A DNA stretch of 64,000 nt, from NCBI GenBank assembly GCA_030429765.1, contig JAUIER010000002.1, positions 130,239-194,238 on the forward strand, written 5' to 3'. Shown piece after piece: positions 57,707 to 64,000 of the stretch (position 1 is the stretch's first letter; every line of letters starts with the position of its first letter). The notes under the pieces are model-generated. The model was not told where the DNA came from, did not search any database, and worked only from the letters and a program-made list of their open reading frames with translations. The translations under genes and the position numbers were made by a program. This stretch comes from a bacterium. Lineage in GTDB: Bacteria; Omnitrophota; Gorgyraeia; Zapsychrales; Zapsychraceae.

Positions 57707-59049
57707 CGACGCCCCTTGAGCTGTCCGGATTTCATGAATCCGTCATAATGGCGCATAACCAAATGCGACTCGATTTGCTTCATTGTGTCGAGCATAACAC
57801 CGACAATAATCAAAACACCTGTCCCCCCGAAAAACGAGGCCACAAGATACGGCACCTTAAAAGAGGCCATAATGGCATCCGGCATGATCGCAATGATACA
57901 AATAAACAGCGCCCCGGCCAAGGTGATCCGCGTCATGACAAAATCTAGGTAATCTGCGGTTTGCGTTCCCGGTCTAACCCCGGGGATGAACCCTCCATGC
58001 TTCTTCATATTATCCGCAACATCAACCGGATTGAACACAATCGCCGTGTAGAAATAGCAGAAGAAGACAATGAGAAACGCATAGATGGTGTAGTACAGCC
58101 ACCCGCCACGCGACATAAATCCGGCCATATTTTGGAACGCCTGATTCGGTATAAAACTGGCCAGTGTCGCCGGAAATAAAATTATCGACTGCGCAAAGAT
58201 AATCGCGATAACACCTGATGTATCAACCTTCAATGGAATATACGAGCTCTGTCCACCATACACCTTACGGCCTACAATTCGGCGCGCGTACTGCACCGGA
58301 ATCTTCCGTTGAGCCTGTGTGATTAGGGTGATCGCAATAATAACACCTATCAAAAAAGCAATCATGATCAACAGAGTTAACGGCTGCAACTGACTGGTTC
58401 CGCCTGACTGAGGTGATAACAACAACGCCAGTGTTCGAATGGCGGTCGGTGCGGCTGAAATAATCCCGGCCGTGATGATCAACGAAATTCCGTTTCCGAT
58501 CCCATGCTCCTGGATCTGCTCACCCAGCCACATCAATAACATCGTCCCACAGCTCAGGGTCACAACAGTCACTATCCGGAACATCCATCCCGGTGAATTA
58601 ACGATCTGTAATCCTTGAAATGCCGCCGGACTCTCCAGCCACAACGCGATAAAGAACGACTGAACCAAACCCAACGCCAGTGTTCCATAACGTGTATACT
58701 GATTGATCTTTTGATATCCCGTTTGCCCTTCCTTCGCTAACTTCTCCAACGCCGGAATAACCGCCGTCAGCAGCTGCATGATAATCGAGCTGGAGATGTA
58801 CGGCATGATACCCAATGAAAACACCGTCAGCTTCTCAAGAGCCCCTCCGGAAAACATGTTCATGATCCCGAAGATGCTTCCATCCGATGTGGAATTAATC
58901 CTTTCAAAGAACTCGGCCAGCATGGCCCCATTTACACCCGGCGTTGGGATGTAGCATCCAACCCGATAAACAGCAATAATACCCAGCGTGAAAAGAATTT
59001 TTTTCTTTAACTCAGGTATCTTGAAACAATTAGCGAAAGAGGCTAACAT
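57703..59049 (-). CDS. secY: Preprotein translocase subunit SecY
   Basis: 448 aa, 10 TM helices, conserved position in the operon. Confidence 0.95.
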   Translation of the reverse strand: MLASFANCFKIPELKKKILFTLGIIAVYRVGCYIPTPGVNGAMLAEFFERINSTSDGSIFGIMNMFSGGALEKLTVFSLGIMPYISSSIIMQLLTAVIPALEKLAKEGQTGYQKINQYTRYGTLALGLVQSFFIALWLESPAAFQGLQIVNSPGWMFRIVTVVTLSCGTMLLMWLGEQIQEHGIGNGISLIITAGIISAAPTAIRTLALLLSPQSGGTSQLQPLTLLIMIAFLIGVIIAITLITQAQRKIPVQYARRIVGRKVYGGQSSYIPLKVDTSGVIAIIFAQSIILFPATLASFIPNQAFQNMAGFMSRGGWLYYTIYAFLIVFFCYFYTAIVFNPVDVADNMKKHGGFIPGVRPGTQTADYLDFVMTRITLAGALFICIIAIMPDAIMASFKVPYLVASFFGGTGVLIIVGVMLDTMKQIESHLVMRHYDGFMKSGQLKGRR

Positions 59050-59060
59050 AAATTGACCCT

Positions 59061-59537
59061 TTATGATGACGGTTTAGTCTTGGTTTTAACTTCCTTCTTC
59101 GCCAACTCAACCTTACCGCCCGCCTTCTCTATCTTTTCCTGCGCTGACTTAGAAATGCTCTGAGCCTGTACAGTAATCGCATTCTTGATATCACCATCAC
59201 CTAGGATCTTGAATGGTTTGTTGAGACTGCTGATCAATCCTTCCTTCTTCAAGAGCTCTGCCGTAATAACAGTTCCCTTGTCAAACCGGTTCAAATCTTC
59301 CAAATGAACCACTTGGTTTAAGATTGGCCGATGTGAACGGAATCCAACCTTAGGAAGTCTTCGAATTAAACGCATTTGACCGCCTTCAGATGCCTTGGCC
59401 GACCACCTTCCCGACCGTGACCGCTGACCATTTTCGCCACGTCCACTCGTCTTTCCGGATCCTGAACCTCGACCGCGACCAACTATTTTCTTGCGCTTCC
59501 TTGAACCTCTAGGTGATTTTAATTCATGTAATTGCAT
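59061..59537 (-). CDS. rplO: 50S ribosomal protein L15
   Basis: MQLHELKSPRGSRKRKKIVGRGRGSG... Confidence 0.9.
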   Translation of the reverse strand: MQLHELKSPRGSRKRKKIVGRGRGSGSGKTSGRGENGQRSRSGRWSAKASEGGQMRLIRRLPKVGFRSHRPILNQVVHLEDLNRFDKGTVITAELLKKEGLISSLNKPFKILGDGDIKNAITVQAQSISKSAQEKIEKAGGKVELAKKEVKTKTKPSS

Positions 59538-59538
59538 T

Positions 59539-60228
59539 TTATTTTTCTACCGTTTTTAGTCGAGCTAACCCGTCGAACGTTGCCTTAACGACATTGATCG
59601 GATTGTTAGATCGATGACACTTGGTTAAAATATTGTGAATTCCTGCACCGTCGCATACCGCACGAACCGGACCTGAAGCAATAACGCCCGTTCCTTCCGA
59701 CGCCGGCTTAAGCAATACTTCGGCCCCACTACATTCGCCGATAATCTCATGTGGAATTGTACTCCCCCGCATCTTGACCTGGACCATATTTTTCTTCGCG
59801 TTTGTCATCGCTTTGCGGATCGCGATTGAAACCTCACTGGCCTTGGAAAGACTGTATCCGACCTTCCCCATCGTATCACCAACAACAACCAATGCGCTGA
59901 ACGACAGCTTTTTCCCACCTTTGGTTACTTTGGTGATCCGTTTGATAGAGATAACCTTCTCTAGAACCTCTGGATCATTTGGATCTTTGGCAACATCTGG
60001 CCCTTTGCGCGGCGATCCCTGCCGACGTGATCGGCGATCTCTTCCGGCTTCTGCGGGTTTACCCGCCGGAGCCTCTTTCTTGCCCTCGCTTTTAGCCTCG
60101 CCAGCTGTATCTTTTGTCGCTTCGGCTGGAGCTTGACTAGAAGCTGCCGCTTGCTCGTTTTTGACTTCTTGTTTTTCTGCTGCGTTTTCTTGTTTTTCTT
60201 GATCCATAGATTTAAAACTCCAGTCCAC
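59539..60228 (-). CDS. rpsE: 30S ribosomal protein S5 with ~70-aa low-complexity N-terminal extension
   Basis: Core ..VISIKRITKVTKGGKKLSFSALVVVGD.., preceded by an E/K/A/Q-rich tail. No rpmD between rpsE and rplO. Confidence 0.9.
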   Translation of the reverse strand: MDWSFKSMDQEKQENAAEKQEVKNEQAAASSQAPAEATKDTAGEAKSEGKKEAPAGKPAEAGRDRRSRRQGSPRKGPDVAKDPNDPEVLEKVISIKRITKVTKGGKKLSFSALVVVGDTMGKVGYSLSKASEVSIAIRKAMTNAKKNMVQVKMRGSTIPHEIIGECSGAEVLLKPASEGTGVIASGPVRAVCDGAGIHNILTKCHRSNNPINVVKATFDGLARLKTVEK

Positions 60229-60580
60229 CTTTTCGAGCCGCTTCCGCGAATGCTTTCACACGACCATGATAGAGGTAGCCACCGCGATCGAAACAGACCT
60301 TGGTGATGCCCTTGTCTTTAGCCTTGGCTGCTAACGCTTCACCAAGTACTTCTGCCGCCTTGATGTTTCCACCATTTTTCTGCTGCTCACGAATTGACTT
60401 GTTTAACGTTGACATCCCCATAATGACCTGCTGGTTTTCGTCATTGACGATTTGCGCTGTCAAGTTTTTCAGACTACGATGCACGCAAAGTCGTGGACGT
60501 TCAGATGTACCTGCAGATTTTTTTCGAATTCGGCGATGCCGGTAGATTCTTTGAACTTCTCTTTTAGCTAAATTTTTCAT
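60212..60580 (-). CDS. rplR: 50S ribosomal protein L18
   Basis: ..RPRLCVHRSLKNLTAQIV.. Confidence 0.9.
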   Translation of the reverse strand: MKNLAKREVQRIYRHRRIRKKSAGTSERPRLCVHRSLKNLTAQIVNDENQQVIMGMSTLNKSIREQQKNGGNIKAAEVLGEALAAKAKDKGITKVCFDRGGYLYHGRVKAFAEAARKGGLEF

Positions 60581-61119
60581 TATTTGGTTACCGACTTACC
60601 TTGTTTACGTCTTACATTTTCACCGACATAACGGATACCCTTGCCCTTGTATGGCTCTACTTTCTTCAAAGCCCGGATACTCGCCGCTACTTGACCAACT
60701 CGCTGCTTATCGATACCTTCAACGATAATTGACGTCTGGCTAGGGACCGTTACTTTCACATCCTCTGGAATATCAAATTCGACCGGATGGCTAAAACCAA
60801 GGTTAAACACAATCTTCTTGCCCTGAAGTTGAGCCCGAAAACCAATCCCCTGGATTTCTAATTCTTTTTTATGTCCGTCCGTGGCGCCGGCAACCATGTT
60901 TCCGATACTCGCCCAGATCGTCCCATGATTGGCACGATTTTGTTTGGCATTAGATAATCGGTCAACGCTGATTTTCTCATCTTTGACCTCGACCTTGATA
61001 CCAGACGGAAGACTTAATTGAAGCTTTCCCTTTGGACCTTCTACCTTAACCGTCGATCCATCGACATTACACTTAACACCCTTTGGAACTGAAATTGGAA
61101 TTTTAGCTATTCTTGACAT
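60580..61119 (-). CDS. rplF: 50S ribosomal protein L6
   Basis: MSRIAKIPISVPKGV... Confidence 0.93.
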   Translation of the reverse strand: MSRIAKIPISVPKGVKCNVDGSTVKVEGPKGKLQLSLPSGIKVEVKDEKISVDRLSNAKQNRANHGTIWASIGNMVAGATDGHKKELEIQGIGFRAQLQGKKIVFNLGFSHPVEFDIPEDVKVTVPSQTSIIVEGIDKQRVGQVAASIRALKKVEPYKGKGIRYVGENVRRKQGKSVTK

Positions 61120-61125
61120 ATTTGA

Positions 61126-61521
61126 TTACCAAATGTAACAGAGAACTTCTCCGCCCACGTTCATCTTTCTGGCTTCTTCACCATCAACAACACCTTTTGA
61201 AGTTGAAAGTACCGCTGTGCCAAGACCATTCAGAACTCGAGGAATTTCATCTCTGGATTTGTATACCCGTAGCCCCGGTCTAGATACGCGCTTTAGGTTA
61301 ATAATTGCTGATTTTTTGTTTTCATATTTTAAGTAAACCTTATAAGATCCCTGAACATTTGTCTTCATAAGGCGAAAATCCTCGATATATCCGCGATTCT
61401 TGAAGATTTCTAGAATTTTCTCCGTCATCTTGGACGCAGGAACGTCGACCGTTTCTTTCCTGATCATCATACCATTTCGGATTATTGTTAATAGATTACT
61501 AATCGGATCACTTAATGACAT
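61126..61521 (-). CDS. rpsH: 30S ribosomal protein S8
   Basis: MSLSDPISNLLTIIRNG... Confidence 0.93.
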   Translation of the reverse strand: MSLSDPISNLLTIIRNGMMIRKETVDVPASKMTEKILEIFKNRGYIEDFRLMKTNVQGSYKVYLKYENKKSAIINLKRVSRPGLRVYKSRDEIPRVLNGLGTAVLSTSKGVVDGEEARKMNVGGEVLCYIW

Positions 61522-61539
61522 TTTTAATTTCCACCCTTT

Positions 61540-61725
61540 TTACCAGCTTGCTTTTTTAACTCCAGGAATTTCGCCTCTCCATGCTAATTCACGGAAGCAG
61601 ATTCGACAGACATTGAATCTGCGAAGAAATCCTTTGGGGCGTCCGCAAATCTTGCATCGATTGTATTGTCTCGACGAGAATTTTGGTTTGCGCTCTGCTT
61701 TTATTACCAATGATTTTCTAGCCAT
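61540..61725 (-). CDS. rpsN: 30S ribosomal protein S14, zinc-binding type Z (61 aa)
   Basis: C..C......C..C motif: [24 protein letters not shown]. Confidence 0.9.
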   Translation of the reverse strand: MARKSLVIKAERKPKFSSRQYNRCKICGRPKGFLRRFNVCRICFRELAWRGEIPGVKKASW

Positions 61726-61733
61726 AATTTCCC

Positions 61734-62300
61734 TTATACAGTTTGCTCTTGTCGCTTTTTGATTTTTGTAAACGGCATGCCGAATAATGTTAAAAGTTCC
61801 AACGTCCGCTCTTTTGGCCCTTTGCTGAATACAAATGTGATATCCATTCCCTGCTGATACTTGATCTTACCCGTGTCAATTTCAGGAAAAATTGATTGGT
61901 CTGAAATACCCAAGGTGTAATTACCTTGTTTATCAAAGGCCTTACGGGATACGCCGTTGAAGTCACGGATTCGCGGCAGGCAAATATTGATCAGCCTGTC
62001 CATGAATTCATACATCGTATTACCGCGCAATGTTACCTTACAACCAATCGGCATACCTTCACGTAATTTAAAGTTTGAAATCGCCAGCTTCGAACGTGTG
62101 ATAATCGGCTTCTGACCGGCAATCTTTGTCATATCTTCAACCGCGCTGTCCAGAATCTTCATATCGCTGATCGCATCACCAACACCCATGTTGATCACGA
62201 TCTTGGTCAATTTTGGAACATCCATGATGTTCTTGATTTCAAATTGATCCTGAATCGCTTTGGCAAATTTTGTATTATATTCGTCTCTTAATCGTGCCAT
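61734..62300 (-). CDS. rplE: 50S ribosomal protein L5
   Basis: [20 protein letters not shown]... Confidence 0.95.
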   Translation of the reverse strand: MARLRDEYNTKFAKAIQDQFEIKNIMDVPKLTKIVINMGVGDAISDMKILDSAVEDMTKIAGQKPIITRSKLAISNFKLREGMPIGCKVTLRGNTMYEFMDRLINICLPRIRDFNGVSRKAFDKQGNYTLGISDQSIFPEIDTGKIKYQQGMDITFVFSKGPKERTLELLTLFGMPFTKIKKRQEQTV

Positions 62301-62301
62301 C

Positions 62302-62613
62302 TTATATCACGTCCCCACTTCTTTTACTTATCCGGACTTTCTGTCCGTTATCTAAAATTTTCGCTCCGAAGCGAGTTGGTTTATTTGTCTTCTTGTCGAT
62401 CAACATAATGTTAGAAATGTGGATCGGCATTTCAATTTCCACAAATCCACCCTGCTGATTTTCCTGCGTGCGCCGTTGAGCTTTTTTGATCACATTAATA
62501 TGTTCGACAATCGCTTTATTTTTATCGTGCATGACCTTCAGGACTTTACCCGTTTTTCCTTTGTCCTTTCCGGCAATCACCATAACCTGGTCATCTTTTC
62601 TGATATGTAACAT
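62302..62613 (-). CDS. rplX: 50S ribosomal protein L24
   Basis: MLHIRKDDQVMVIAGKDKGKTGKV... (KOW). Confidence 0.93.
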   Translation of the reverse strand: MLHIRKDDQVMVIAGKDKGKTGKVLKVMHDKNKAIVEHINVIKKAQRRTQENQQGGFVEIEMPIHISNIMLIDKKTNKPTRFGAKILDNGQKVRISKRSGDVI

Positions 62614-62982
62614 CTATACAACCTCCGGCGCTAATGAAATAATCTTCATGTAATCCATATTTCGAAGTTCTCGGGCAACCGGTCCAAACACGCGTGTTCC
62701 CTTGGGATTTCCCGCATCATCAATGATGACAACGGCGTTGCTGTCGAAGCGCACATATGTTCCATCATTCCGTCGAATCGGAGATTTGGTTCTTACCACA
62801 ATTGCGCGGGCTTTCGTTCCTTTTTTGACCGCAGCTTCCGGCGCCGAGGCTTTAATGTTCACTCGGATAATATCGCCGATGTGAGCACAACGTCGTCCTT
62901 TGGCATTCAATACACCGATCATCGATGCCTTTCGGGCCCCGGAGTTATCGGCTACATCTAGGATAGTCTTCATATAGATCAT
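62614..62982 (-). CDS. rplN: 50S ribosomal protein L14
   Basis: [18 protein letters not shown]... Confidence 0.95.
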   Translation of the reverse strand: MIYMKTILDVADNSGARKASMIGVLNAKGRRCAHIGDIIRVNIKASAPEAAVKKGTKARAIVVRTKSPIRRNDGTYVRFDSNAVVIIDDAGNPKGTRVFGPVARELRNMDYMKIISLAPEVV

Positions 62983-62984
62983 GA

Positions 62985-63257
62985 TTATAGTTCCGCTTTT
63001 TTTACAATTTCCCTAATTATCCATCGTTTATCTTTAGATAAAGGTCGAGTCTCCATCATTCGTACAACATCACCCATCTTGCTCTCGTTCTTCTCGTCAT
63101 GCGCCTTGAACTTGTTCGCAACCTTGACAACCTTATGATATTTGTCGTGCTTTGCCGAGTAACGAATCTGGACAACGCGCGTCTTATTCATTTTGTCACT
63201 TACGACGACACCCTGCAGGGTACGACGTCTACTTGTCCGCGCTTGATTTTCGCTCAT
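62985..63257 (-). CDS. rpsQ: 30S ribosomal protein S17
   Basis: ..[19 protein letters not shown].. Confidence 0.93.
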   Translation of the reverse strand: MSENQARTSRRRTLQGVVVSDKMNKTRVVQIRYSAKHDKYHKVVKVANKFKAHDEKNESKMGDVVRMMETRPLSKDKRWIIREIVKKAEL

Positions 63258-63444
63258 TGATTTCTCTTTCCTTTAAAATAGTTAAAATACGCGCGATGTT
63301 CTTCCGTAGCGCGCGAAAATTAGATGGCTTCTCAACCTGCCCAATCTTACGCTGATAGTTTAATTCAAACAGTTCCTTCTTAAATGCCTTTTCTTTTTGC
63401 AGAAGATCCTGCGAACTCAGTTCTCTCAAATCTTTAAGTTTCAT
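63229..63444 (-). CDS. rpmC: 50S ribosomal protein L29
   Basis: [31 protein letters not shown]... Confidence 0.9.
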   Translation of the reverse strand: MKLKDLRELSSQDLLQKEKAFKKELFELNYQRKIGQVEKPSNFRALRKNIARILTILKEREINERKSSADK

Positions 63445-63860
63445 TACAGACCACCTCGTTTGACAAATTTAGACTTTACCGGCAGTTTAAACGAAACCAG
63501 ACGTAATACACCTTTGGCAAAATCTTCGGGAACACCGCTGATCTCAAATAAGACGCGTCCGCGTCTGACAACCGCGACCCAATGATCCAGATCACCTTTA
63601 CCCTTACCCATACGCGTTTCAGCTGGCTTCTTTGATATAGGCTTGTTCGGAAAAATATTGATCCAAAGCTTTCCAGCGCCCTTCATCTTACGGGCTACGA
63701 CGACTCGGCAGGCTTCCATATGTGTACCGCGGATGTAACCGTTTTCCAAGGCTTTCAGACCATACTCACCAAAAGTGATTTTATCACCGGTCGTAGCAAT
63801 TCCCCTTCGCTTGCCTTTTTGGGCTTTACGATATTTTGTTTTTCTAGGCATTAAAAGCAT
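63444..63860 (-). CDS. rplP: 50S ribosomal protein L16
   Basis: M(LLM)[16 protein letters not shown]... Start is 63860 or 63851. Confidence 0.95.
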   Translation of the reverse strand: MLLMPRKTKYRKAQKGKRRGIATTGDKITFGEYGLKALENGYIRGTHMEACRVVVARKMKGAGKLWINIFPNKPISKKPAETRMGKGKGDLDHWVAVVRRGRVLFEISGVPEDFAKGVLRLVSFKLPVKSKFVKRGGL

Positions 63861-63865
63861 TTGAC

Positions 63866-64000
63866 TTACCCTTTTCTATTCGCTTGCGATTCCGCAGGAC
63901 TTTTAATATTACTTTCTTGTCGGTTAACCCCTTTAATAATTTCACCTCGATTAACCCAAACTTTGATTCCAAGAATTCCGTAAGTTGTCAGCGCTTCCGC
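63866..64000 (-). CDS. rpsC: 30S ribosomal protein S3, C-terminal fragment (gene continues beyond the window)
   Basis: Manual translation of the minus strand: ..WVNRGEIIKGVNRQESNIKSPAESQANRKG* (compare E. coli ..KVWIFKGEI..). Stop at 63866-63868. Confidence 0.8.
   Translation of the reverse strand, partial: AEALTTYGILGIKVWVNRGEIIKGVNRQESNIKSPAESQANRKG

Overview
This 64-kb window is a compact bacterial chromosomal segment in which almost every gene lies on the minus strand; only an ExeA/GspA–GspB pair is on the plus strand.

The 3' third (about 52.9–64.0 kb) is the ribosomal-protein/secY/adk/map/rpoA cluster (rpsC partial … rplQ). It has lineage-specific peculiarities: no rpmD, no infA, S14 of the zinc-binding Z type, and low-complexity charged extensions on S5 and L17. 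A 38-codon rpmJ missed by the ORF track sits at 56095..56211.

The centre carries housekeeping genes: aroB, aroQ, efp-accB-accC, pfk, gmhA/rfaE-II, thiE, pcm, lipB, pilT, uvrB, coaX and groESL with a textbook CIRCE operator and sigma70 promoter. It also carries a nucleotide/c-di-GMP flavoured operon (AAA+ ATPase, metallophosphoesterase, HIT, dGTPase, GAF–HD-GYP), two stand-alone PilZ genes flanking a 56-codon microORF, and the ExeA + GspB-like pair.

The 5' end has hisS (partial), an HU gene, dnaE, guaA with a histone-H1-like lysine-rich N-terminal extension, and a CBS-less IMPDH-family gene.

The outstanding feature is a single 10.3-kb ORF (7827..18122, 3431 aa) flanked on both sides by ~400-bp AT-rich intergenic regions. 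From its motifs it encodes a signal-peptide-bearing giant protein that strings together:
- a class-I SAM-methyltransferase-like domain;
- an archaeal (type II) GAPDH-like domain (SCNTT / RRAAD / YHHAED motifs);
- a complete pyruvate-phosphate-dikinase / PEP-synthase-like module (RSS..AED…AGQ.D.YL ATP-grasp motif, GGATSHAA phospho-His motif, FGTNDLTQ + CG(L)CGQ TIM-barrel motifs);
- what looks like a second, catalytically degenerate copy of the PEP-utilising mobile and TIM-barrel domains.

This chimeric giant enzyme gene is the best candidate in the window for something undescribed. Lineage cannot be established from sequence alone. Giant ORFs plus charged low-complexity extensions are reminiscent of Omnitrophota-like or other small-celled uncultivated lineages, but that is inference. 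No CRISPR arrays, tRNAs, rRNAs or obvious mobile elements were found.
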